From a virus, in IMG/VR virus record IMGVR_UViG_3300045988_036009: a stretch of 58,752 nt of DNA; one strand, given 5' to 3'. Position 1 is the first letter of the stretch. Every line of letters begins with the position of its first letter. A program made the translations under genes and the position numbers. Positions 25,101 to 31,097 of the stretch are shown here, in pieces. The notes beneath the pieces are model-generated. The model did not search any database. It was not told the origin of the DNA and saw nothing but the letters and a program-made list of their open reading frames with translations.

Positions 25101-27417
25101 TTTGTCCAACAATATTGGATAATCCAGATTTGACAGACGATAGAGAATTCTTTAGTCCTTCTCCAATATTGCCAAAGGCTTTACCCACAACATCTTTTAC
25201 TTTACCAAAGTTATTCTTAACTCCAGATAAAATATTAGACATACCAGTATCCAATCCATCAATAAATGATCGCATACTTGGCGAAATAGCCTTAAGACCG
25301 TTCTTAATAGAATTTCCTATTTTGGCAAATATACCGTTATCGGAGAATGTCTTAGGAAATGCTTTGGCGATAGATTTGAATCCATCGACAAGTTTAGGAA
25401 CCATACCTTGGAATAATCCACTAAATGCTGTCAATATTCCTTTGAACACACCAAACTTCTGGATAGAAGATCGCAATCCTTCTACGAATTTTCGAATACC
25501 ATCCGTAATCTTAACCAACATGTCAGTGAATTTAAGCAATCCACCACCACTGTTAGTTCCGAAATTAAACAATGAGAAGAATCGTGATACGATATCTGCA
25601 GCGATTTTGAATAATGTCCCTAGAATGCTCAACATATTACCAATCACTTTACCAATGTTGACAAAGCTTTGCATAATGTTATGGTTCTGGCGCATAGTGT
25701 TTAAGAATTTAGTAATTCCGTCGGCAGCTCTTTTGAATACGAGAATAACCCCGTCCATAGATCCGACTGTTGAATTAAATCCTAAAGATAGTTTATGAAC
25801 AATCGTCCATACAGTGTTGAACACAGCACCAAACATTCTACCAAGAGAAATAAGTGTCTCTTGAATAGCAGCATTCTTCTTCAAGTTCTCAGTGAAGTTT
25901 CTGAAACCTTCGGTAACACTCAATAATCTTTTAGCAGACTCTTCGTACGTACCAATGGACTCACGGAAGCCCTCACGGAAATTAGTCATGGACTTGAATA
26001 CAAATTCAAAACCATTCTTGATTGAGTCAAAGAACGCTGTTTGTCCACCCATGTCTTTCCATGTTTTCAACATGGCATTTCGGTAGTTACCTAGACTACG
26101 CTCCATGTCAAGAACCGTGTCATGATAAGTTCCTTGAGAATCGTCGAAGAATTTGTTAACAATTTTTCCGACGTCGGTCCAAAGTGCCTTAGCCTCTTCA
26201 AATCCACCAAATAAGTATTCCCAAGAAGTGGCCCATCCAGAACCAATTGCTTCTTGTACGGTGTCTACCAGTTGTCCAAAGGATTTGATTTGAGTTGCGG
26301 CATTTAACATCGCCTCATCTACTGAGAATTCTTTCAAAGTATTAATCAATACTTCGGATGTTAACCAACCGCTTTTCAAAGACTCACGGAATGATTTAGT
26401 CATATCCCGAGCATTACCCATCTTCTCAGCCATTTGAGTCAATCGGTCTTGGAATAACTTACCACCCATACCGGCATTTACTACAGAGTTCCAGTCCTGA
26501 AGACCTACTTTACCTGAAGCCAATGCTTGAGACAATTGGTACATTGCCATAGAGGCTTGTTCTGTGTTTGACCCAGATGCTGCGGCCAAGTTGGAAATAC
26601 CTTTAATCGCAGTGGCTGAATCTTCTAGACCCACACCGGCTGCAGTAAATGTACCGATGTTTTTGGTCATATCTTTGAATGAGTAAATGGTTTTGTCGGC
26701 ATACTCATTCAAGTCCTCTAACACTTTAGAGGTTTTACGCATACGCATACTTTGATCCGGAATTTCCCACTCAGTATTCGTCATGATTGTTTGTACAGAT
26801 CCGAGTTTCTCTTTGTACTCGTTTAAACCATCAACTGGTCCAGCAAAGAATTTAGAACCGAAGTTGATAGCTTTCTGTAGCATGTTACCCATGACAATAC
26901 CCATAGCGACATCCATTGCATTAAGAGATCCTTTAACGGAATCTGCTGCTCTAGAAAATGCACCAGTAAGTGGGTTCAGATTGATACCAGATGCTTTTGT
27001 ATTTAAGCTGTCAATAGATTTGACAGAATTGGGAAATCCCTGGTGATTATCCGCCTTTTGAAATATACCTTTCAACCGGGAGAGAATACTAGATGTCTTA
27101 GACGTTCTGCTAGCAACATCAGTATTCATCTGCTCGATTGATTTAGCAGCACCGGTCATGTTAATTCCTTCGGTACTACGAGTAAACATTCCTTTAAGAC
27201 GAGATAATAGGCCTTGGGATTTTGACGTTGATTTTGAAATTGCGTCAGGGATTGCGTTCATCTCCTTGGCAATGTTCTTTGATGCGTTACCGCCATTGAT
27301 CTTAGCGAAGGCTTGCTTCATCTTCTCAAGAGCGGAGATTGTGTCAGTCGCGTTTTTGGTAAAGCCCTTATTATCCAGAGTTACCTTGGCGACTTTCTCA
27401 TCAACATATCCGGCCAT
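19117..27417 (-). CDS. Tape measure protein (2766 aa)
   Basis: Largest ORF, located between the chaperones and Dit. Helical low-complexity sequence, about 12 tandem 59-aa hydrophobic repeats, Gly/Ala/Ile-rich repeats and a Met-rich segment. Confidence 0.9.
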   Translation of the reverse strand: MAGYVDEKVAKVTLDNKGFTKNATDTISALEKMKQAFAKINGGNASKNIAKEMNAIPDAISKSTSKSQGLLSRLKGMFTRSTEGINMTGAAKSIEQMNTDVASRTSKTSSILSRLKGIFQKADNHQGFPNSVKSIDSLNTKASGINLNPLTGAFSRAADSVKGSLNAMDVAMGIVMGNMLQKAINFGSKFFAGPVDGLNEYKEKLGSVQTIMTNTEWEIPDQSMRMRKTSKVLEDLNEYADKTIYSFKDMTKNIGTFTAAGVGLEDSATAIKGISNLAAASGSNTEQASMAMYQLSQALASGKVGLQDWNSVVNAGMGGKLFQDRLTQMAEKMGNARDMTKSFRESLKSGWLTSEVLINTLKEFSVDEAMLNAATQIKSFGQLVDTVQEAIGSGWATSWEYLFGGFEEAKALWTDVGKIVNKFFDDSQGTYHDTVLDMERSLGNYRNAMLKTWKDMGGQTAFFDSIKNGFEFVFKSMTNFREGFRESIGTYEESAKRLLSVTEGFRNFTENLKKNAAIQETLISLGRMFGAVFNTVWTIVHKLSLGFNSTVGSMDGVILVFKRAADGITKFLNTMRQNHNIMQSFVNIGKVIGNMLSILGTLFKIAADIVSRFFSLFNFGTNSGGGLLKFTDMLVKITDGIRKFVEGLRSSIQKFGVFKGILTAFSGLFQGMVPKLVDGFKSIAKAFPKTFSDNGIFAKIGNSIKNGLKAISPSMRSFIDGLDTGMSNILSGVKNNFGKVKDVVGKAFGNIGEGLKNSLSSVKSGLSNIVGQIGGTIKSVFSGIANMAKQGYDLLKDIFKSFHGADIIQALIGLFAFDKWLKFKSGDNSLVTKFLDRFEGMFDKFLDKGKESVPLVKKVLDDFKGALNDFSKGIKVGLLIGISVACLMLAVSLDKLSKIDMKDLSKAMIAMGAAMAGMMKIVKTLGAIDGIPKGAGFTLIGIAIAIRILAGALKKLEGMDMDSMVTAVAGIRFVMNGLVKSMKRLSEVEKTSKAGITKMIAFAFAMRIIVGALAKLKGMGVAEIGVAMVGVRALMRTMTDSMKELDKVSYNKGGATAMIGFAIALRIIVSSVSAIAKLDPEGAVIGMVGAGALMEELARCMKKMNGVVVGGRTMASMIGFAISLRILVMSIKAIAKLQPESALQGLLGTVALMEALVQCMKQLNGTVVGGRTLASMIGFAISLRILVMSVKAIAKLQPEAAIQGLLGTAALMEALVLCMKQLNGTVVGGRTLASMIGFAISVRILVLAVQKLAKLPIDTMIPAVASVGGLMEVMTHSMKRMGNVKFENKMIMSMIAFAGSVYILALSVEKLAKFKWDELLLAIGTISILLSEMLIVMNALQGIKTDSKSIFSMIAFAGSVFILGKTVEGLSTLSLDGVLLALGTITTIMAELIGVAHLLKSIKINYKSMFALMAFTLAIYSIGKTIQKLSTIPWKNLAAACAGVGAVIVALGFAAKQVSGMSGSIQQTLATAAIFEQFSRLLGSIGNALEKVAKVPWQSLTVATVAIGVVLAGFVYISKVMTKVDASAGDIAAIIALSNAVNTIGNALSKVANYPWQSILAATVAMGAAMGGLVIMSKSLEKVSVGDAGKLLILSVALMALAVPIALLASLNLIAVGISLGALAGHLILLIGAAKLAQGTARGMAILSKTLLSFGASSIMAASSIAIAGIGFLAFSMAIKNLAETAPAAFANIVQGLLVFVESLVQAGPRLMKAGIELIVQFVEGLAQGIPRIIAATVQMIIALLDGLAQNAHKLVDSGVQVIVEFSKGIIDNMGILVQTAVEMATKFVEEFGKALIGVKDRLIPALTQLLSVISEIILKVLQELVGPIIEGILHIMEPIIEVILQVIERIAQALAPILVPLIDAIKTLIQEVSNVVQAIADTVIAIVENLGSIIRSIADVIIAVVDTIRAAIEGFVTIVQTLGQTIQVIFLSIASIVNSVMQGIVGAINGFANVIRSVGEALKNVFVGIGQGIQAALQGVASVVQSIGGAIKAAFEGIGAAAQGIGQGIQSALQGVASVVQSIGGAIKSALEGVGKAFEGAGKFAEGFGKGIEHVMNGVAKIVDSVGNAIKGIIEAVGKAFKDVGKGIELMGKGMKPIADHGFQAAAAITAVSGAVALLGGASYTGNLNGFREDLDKLDTVMYKMSTRKGSGGAIKDIASALKTASSAAPSAASALEKFASSSEKIKSSASGMASNIKGVASALSGISQASMGASPGIVLLAAGLEKVANTLTQFIARITALAASMSSLGMIFTTTGSAVANLSTAFTSISTGTTAFGNAMNQAKTALAQFSASAAGSTTSFAVLGTAMTMAMTLVVNAVNNGMNQARAALQQGFAMMGMSAATSMTSVVMAVNMGMISVVNAIRTNIASVSTVISTGMAQAAAGMARGFAMMGVSASTSMALVRTTVTMGMLGIVQSIQNSMNQAAQAMTSSMARIAQAMSLSMSQINAQMNMSLNMMRVSMQMAFMTMQMTIMTAMMQMANQIRSSSAMMQATMFQLGNQMVSAMRMAMALLNVTILTGMMQAANGVRSAAGIAHAGGVYVGSMISQGVAAGIRAHLGSVIAATNEIVAQAERAARAKAKIKSPSRLFAANVGKYIPQGVAMGIAKEMPRTVKQMGKTFANGFSDVTSLAVDHANGMASAVADAVNTVGTLLDDSLADMDYRPTITPVVDTTNLDKLQNGNILSGLNVDPTNVPRPAYPGAPGSLHSNNTNVYDNSNKEYSITVKVDNGGKPVDGKQLAREIQQHIKDFDDQARRGKGEEVLW
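21331..21513 (-). repeat. 108-bp (36-aa) tandem duplication inside the tape measure gene
   Basis: GIGQGIQ(A/S)ALQGVASVVQSIGGAIK(A/S)A(F/L)EG occurs twice. The DNA copies start at 21331 and 21439. Confidence 0.8.
22500..24621 (-). repeat. About 12 tandem 177-bp (59-aa) repeats inside the tape measure gene (outer copies diverged; the left boundary is approximate)
   Basis: Central copies are nearly identical, e.g. GGRT(M/L)ASMIGFAISLRILVMS(I/V)KAIAKLQPE(S/A)A(L/I)QGLLGT(V/A)ALMEALV(Q/L)CMKQLNGTVV. Equivalent ATG codons lie at 23763, 23940 and 24117, a period of 177. Confidence 0.85.
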
Positions 27418-27430
27418 TAATTACCTCCTA

Positions 27431-27958
27431 TTACCATGAAGTGTTTGTTACATCCTTAATATGACGGCCTGCGTTTCTAGAGCTAGACATGCTAGCGTCT
27501 AGATCTCTTAATAAGTCATTAAGTTTTTGGTGTCTATCGGCGATGTTTGTAAACGCTCCCCTTTTAGTATTTCCTAGATTAGAAAAGCTGTTGTTAATAG
27601 ATGAAGAACTTACTTTCTTAGCTTTTCTTAAAGTGGAAACATTATTCTTTAGGCTTTCAGAATTTACGTTAAATCCTTTTTTATACCCAACGGTCTTATT
27701 AAGAGGACGGCTACCGCCACTTCCATCGAATAAAGATGCATAATGTGAAGATAGTTCACGTATTAGTTTGTTTCTTTTATAGCTGTTATATCCTTTATAC
27801 CCAGCATATGCAGCGGCACCAGCAAGAGCTATTCCTCCACCGATCATTGCAGCCTTCTTCAGTTTTTTCTGGGTAGATCTTCTAATTCCCCATTTCATTC
27901 CTTTGGTTCCAAAGTGTTGGATTACGTCATCGGAGTGAATAATAAACGAAGCATCCAT
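27431..27958 (-). CDS. Basic protein of the HxGxKGMKWG-motif family (member C) with one TM-like segment
   Basis: 175 aa. N-terminus MDASFIIHSDDVIQHFGTKGMKWGIRR, then AAMIGGGIALAGAAAYAGY and a Ser/Asn/Lys-rich tail. Confidence 0.75.
   Translation of the reverse strand: MDASFIIHSDDVIQHFGTKGMKWGIRRSTQKKLKKAAMIGGGIALAGAAAYAGYKGYNSYKRNKLIRELSSHYASLFDGSGGSRPLNKTVGYKKGFNVNSESLKNNVSTLRKAKKVSSSSINNSFSNLGNTKRGAFTNIADRHQKLNDLLRDLDASMSSSRNAGRHIKDVTNTSW
27888..27934 (-). repeat. 47-nt perfect direct repeat with 28670..28716
   Basis: ccccatttcattcctttggttccaaagtgttggattacgtcatcgga is identical at both sites. It encodes SDDVIQHFGTKGMKWG. Confidence 0.9.
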
Positions 27959-27973
27959 AGTGCCCCCCCTTTT

Positions 27974-28333
27974 TTATTTTAGATAGTCTTTCAAGACTTT
28001 ATCGATTGCAGATTTGTAGGCCGAATCGATAGCTTTAATAATATATGGGTGTGGAGGAACATAGCCTCCCGTACCAGTTCCGTGACCATAGTGAATTATT
28101 ATAGCGATATTAACACCCTTATTAATATGAGTGTTAAATATCTCTAGTTCTTCACCACGACCAGTTTTGTTGATTTTATAACCCCACGAATTAGCTGTTT
28201 TACCAGATTTGTATGGAGTTGCGGCTTTTAGAGCCTCGACAATAGCTTTACCTAGTGCATCTAAAGAGACCCTTCGATCTCTCTTTAAATACTTTTCTAG
28301 ATTATTGAACGAACCGCTTGTTGTTATTCTCAT
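27974..28333 (-). CDS. HK97 gp10-like head-tail/tail-completion family protein
   Basis: 119 aa. ...ALKAATPYKSGKTANSWGYKI...IAIIIHYGHGTGTGGYVPPHPYIIKA matches the gp10-family pattern (TP..tG.l..sw ... yG ... PF/Y..A). Confidence 0.6.
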   Translation of the reverse strand: MRITTSGSFNNLEKYLKRDRRVSLDALGKAIVEALKAATPYKSGKTANSWGYKINKTGRGEELEIFNTHINKGVNIAIIIHYGHGTGTGGYVPPHPYIIKAIDSAYKSAIDKVLKDYLK

Positions 28334-28743
28334 TCACTTCGTTCCTTATAACTTTTCTTAAGATCTTTCTTAGCAGTCTTATATGCTTTCTTAAGAGCCT
28401 TATTACGTTTCTTGAACTTGTGTTTATACATATGACTGCCGTCCATAGATCTCATCGCAGCTTCGGCACCAATGCCCATTGCTCCGTATCGGGTCAATAA
28501 GTTGTTGCCTGTGAGAAGTCCACCATACATAGAAGCGATACTAGTTTTATAACCTAGTCGTCTCCAAAAATCGGGTTTCTTACCTTTGTATAGTTCTTTA
28601 GACTTTCTGAGTGATTGTTTGTAGTTCTTTTTAAGAGCATGCTTATCACTCATATAGTTTTTACGAACTCCCCATTTCATTCCTTTGGTTCCAAAGTGTT
28701 GGATTACGTCATCGGAATGAATTATAATGGTTGGATCGATCAT
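28330..28743 (-). CDS. Basic protein of the HxGxKGMKWG-motif family (member B)
   Basis: 137 aa. N-terminus MIDPTIIIHSDDVIQHFGTKGMKWGVRKN, with a Lys-rich remainder and a Gly-rich hydrophobic patch. Confidence 0.75.
   Translation of the reverse strand: MIDPTIIIHSDDVIQHFGTKGMKWGVRKNYMSDKHALKKNYKQSLRKSKELYKGKKPDFWRRLGYKTSIASMYGGLLTGNNLLTRYGAMGIGAEAAMRSMDGSHMYKHKFKKRNKALKKAYKTAKKDLKKSYKERSE
28670..28716 (-). repeat. 47-nt perfect direct repeat with 27888..27934
   Basis: Same 47-mer as at 27888..27934. The two copies bracket the gp10-like gene. Confidence 0.9.
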
Positions 28744-29306
28744 TTATTCTCCCTTCTTCTGCGTTCTTCCTCGCGTCGTTTCATGATAATAGCACGTTGC
28801 TCTTCCATGGCTTCAGCCCTAGTCATTTTCTTAGGAGGCTCTTGTAGTGAACCTACGCAATTCAGAAGCATAATTAATTTATTCAAATTTCGATTTTCCC
28901 AATCGAAAGGGATATGGTTCAAAGCCATCATAGCATAAATTATCTCAGACGTATATACCTTTTTACGTTGTGCAACTCCTCTAGCGCTACCTTTCTCTTT
29001 AGGAAAAACAGTTGCTGATGGGGTCTTTTTAATATACTCAACAATCTCTTTATAATTGTTAATCGAAAGCAAATTGGGATCAATGTCCTCATCACACATT
29101 GTAACTATGAAATCTAACATTTCAGCATCAGTAATATTATCAGAGTTATCTATGAATCTTTTAAGATGCTTTGATTCCCACTTATCTAGATTTTTTAGAG
29201 TGTATCGAAACGTGCACTTAACACCATCCTGGGTTACGAACTCCTCTTTTAAGTCGTCCCAATATTCTATATCGTCTAATTGTATAGTTAAAAACTCCGG
29301 ATCCAT
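28740..29306 (-). CDS. Tail assembly chaperone-like protein with basic C-terminal tail
   Basis: Start set at the ATG at 29306 (MDPEFLTIQL...), 8 nt after GAGGTG. Located just upstream of the TMP region. C-terminus KRREEERRRRENK. Confidence 0.5.
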   Translation of the reverse strand: MDPEFLTIQLDDIEYWDDLKEEFVTQDGVKCTFRYTLKNLDKWESKHLKRFIDNSDNITDAEMLDFIVTMCDEDIDPNLLSINNYKEIVEYIKKTPSATVFPKEKGSARGVAQRKKVYTSEIIYAMMALNHIPFDWENRNLNKLIMLLNCVGSLQEPPKKMTRAEAMEEQRAIIMKRREEERRRRENK

Positions 29307-29330
29307 GATATACACACCTCAAAAAATTTA

Positions 29331-29364
29331 AAATAAAAAGGAAGAGCGGTAAAAAATACCGCCC
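29331..29364 (-). terminator. Rho-independent terminator after the major-tail/chaperone pair
   Basis: Minus strand reads GGGCGGTA-TTTTT-TACCGCTC followed by TTCCTTTTTATTTT, 6 nt after the stop of 29371..29772. Confidence 0.7.
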
Positions 29365-29370
29365 ATTCCA

Positions 29371-29772
29371 TTATTGTGCTGCAGGAGCAGCCGCTGATTC
29401 TAATCCACGAATTGTTGAAGTGATACCTTGAACGAATTTGCCAAGAGTTTGACCTTCATCGTCGAAGAAGCTTTCTGTAAGAGCTTCATAAGCCAATGAT
29501 GTGCGGAACTCTTCTTTGAGTTCTTCACTCTTGATGAATCGTTTACCATCTTCAGATTTCTTACCGTATGCTGTAAGAATGATATCGTTAAGCAAGTCAT
29601 GAATTTTACCGAAGTCTTCTTCTTGTGTGATTCGTTCGATGTATTTAGCCATGTCATCTTTGCCATAGCGAGCCTGCATAGCGATCAATTCCATACGGTT
29701 GATATTGAAGTACAAAGTTTCTGTTTGTTCAACACCATCGAAGTCCAAATATTTAACGTTTTGTTTTAACAT
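29371..29772 (-). CDS. Tail assembly chaperone (gpG-like)
   Basis: 133-aa acidic protein immediately after the major tail gene, the typical position and size for a siphovirus chaperone. Confidence 0.55.
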   Translation of the reverse strand: MLKQNVKYLDFDGVEQTETLYFNINRMELIAMQARYGKDDMAKYIERITQEEDFGKIHDLLNDIILTAYGKKSEDGKRFIKSEELKEEFRTSLAYEALTESFFDDEGQTLGKFVQGITSTIRGLESAAAPAAQ

Positions 29773-29802
29773 ATGAGTAAATACCTCCTTTAATCAGTAC
29801 TA

Positions 29803-30453
29803 TTAGCCAAGCAATTCGATTACTTTTTCTGGTAATGGAAGATATGCATCAGCATCATCTGTACCATAGATAGCGTCAAGAACTTTTTGCAATTTAGTTG
29901 CTTCTACTTGAGTAGAATCAATTGTGATTACAGAAGTTGGTTTGTGGCCAGGTACAACTACTGGAGTTGAAGAAATTGACCATGATGGGTTTTGTGGTTC
30001 TGGGCTGTCGTTAACAGTTGCGTGTGAACGTTCTGATGGAGCAGCTTTACATCCGTACCACAAGTGAAGTTTGTATCCATATTCGTTACCTTTGGTATCG
30101 TTACCAAGGATTGATTTGAATGCGAAACCAAATGGACGGCGGTTTTGTTGGTGAGCAACAGCCCCTTTAACGATTTGTTTCATACCGTCACATTCGTCAA
30201 ATTCTGCTGGAGAGCTGAATGCTTCGATAGTACCTTCAAAGTTTTCAGCACCAGTAAGAGACAAGTATTTGATGTTGTCTGCATATTGGTCGTTTGCTTC
30301 AGCTCCTGATGGAGATTCGTTAGCAGCGGTGATACCATTCCAAGCTACACCGTGTGGATATGCACCAGACGCATCTTGTGGGAACAATACTGCTTCGGAT
30401 ACACCAGTTTCATAAAAACGTTTTCCAAGTTCGTCAAACTTAAGTTTAGCCAT
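29803..30453 (-). CDS. Major tail protein (phi13 family)
   Basis: 216 aa. MAKLKFDELGKRFYETGVSEAVLFPQD...GVAWNGITAANESPSGAEANDQYADNIKYLSL...FEGTIEAFSSPAEFDECDG matches the phi13-family signature. Confidence 0.8.
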   Translation of the reverse strand: MAKLKFDELGKRFYETGVSEAVLFPQDASGAYPHGVAWNGITAANESPSGAEANDQYADNIKYLSLTGAENFEGTIEAFSSPAEFDECDGMKQIVKGAVAHQQNRRPFGFAFKSILGNDTKGNEYGYKLHLWYGCKAAPSERSHATVNDSPEPQNPSWSISSTPVVVPGHKPTSVITIDSTQVEATKLQKVLDAIYGTDDADAYLPLPEKVIELLG

Positions 30454-30781
30454 TAGCTAATCCTCCTGTGTTAATCTTTAAAATTGTGTTATGCATGTTA
30501 TCGACTATGAACTCATTCTCGTAGACACAATATTGTTCCTCGAGAAGAATATCAATAACCGGTGACTCGACACGTTTGTCAATGACCGTAATCTGATAAC
30601 TCTCATGAGTATGATATCGGAGATTGTCTGCATGTCTTTGTCTTACAGCAGATCTCTTGTACAGAATACAAGGATAGCTGAGGTTTGTGTTACCAACGGG
30701 ATTATAAAAGAGTTTATAATCCTCTTTAGACTTCTGAATTGCTTTCGTCAGAATGTCCCGGATAAGCATTCTCTTGCTCAT
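30446..30781 (-). CDS. Head-tail joining / tail-completion protein (by position)
   Basis: 111-aa ORF between the capsid and major tail genes. Start overlaps the upstream ORF. Confidence 0.5.
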   Translation of the reverse strand: MSKRMLIRDILTKAIQKSKEDYKLFYNPVGNTNLSYPCILYKRSAVRQRHADNLRYHTHESYQITVIDKRVESPVIDILLEEQYCVYENEFIVDNMHNTILKINTGGLANG

Positions 30782-31097
30782 TATAAACTCCTCCTAAATC
30801 CACGATAACTCTAGGGGCTTTACCTACATCGAAACTTTCGACTTTCCATTTCACCCCTTGGTATTCCATATAAAGCAAATTCGAAATGTGCTTCATAAAG
30901 AATTGGTCAGCAACTAATGAAATTTGGTTGGTAATGCGGATATTGTCAATAGTAGATTTGTCGCCATTTTGATCGCGTCGGTATCTAGAACTGATCACAT
31001 CTCCGCGCACTCGTTTAACAACCAATTGTGGTTCATAAACATCTGGTTCGACTTCAACATCCTTTAATCGAAAACCAGCATTACCAAAGTATTTCAT
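30726..31097 (-). CDS. Head-tail connector / head-closure protein (by position)
   Basis: 123-aa ORF starting on the stop of the capsid gene. Confidence 0.5.
   Translation of the reverse strand: MKYFGNAGFRLKDVEVEPDVYEPQLVVKRVRGDVISSRYRRDQNGDKSTIDNIRITNQISLVADQFFMKHISNLLYMEYQGVKWKVESFDVGKAPRVIVDLGGVYNEQENAYPGHSDESNSEV

Noticed and set aside
19741-27439. Many plus-strand ORFs of 60-246 aa inside the tape measure gene (for example 24293..24994, 25058..25798, 21103..21546)
   Set aside because: They are antisense shadows of a long, compositionally biased minus-strand ORF. None has an RBS, their translations are low-complexity Pro/Ile/Ser strings, and every neighbouring real gene is on the other strand.
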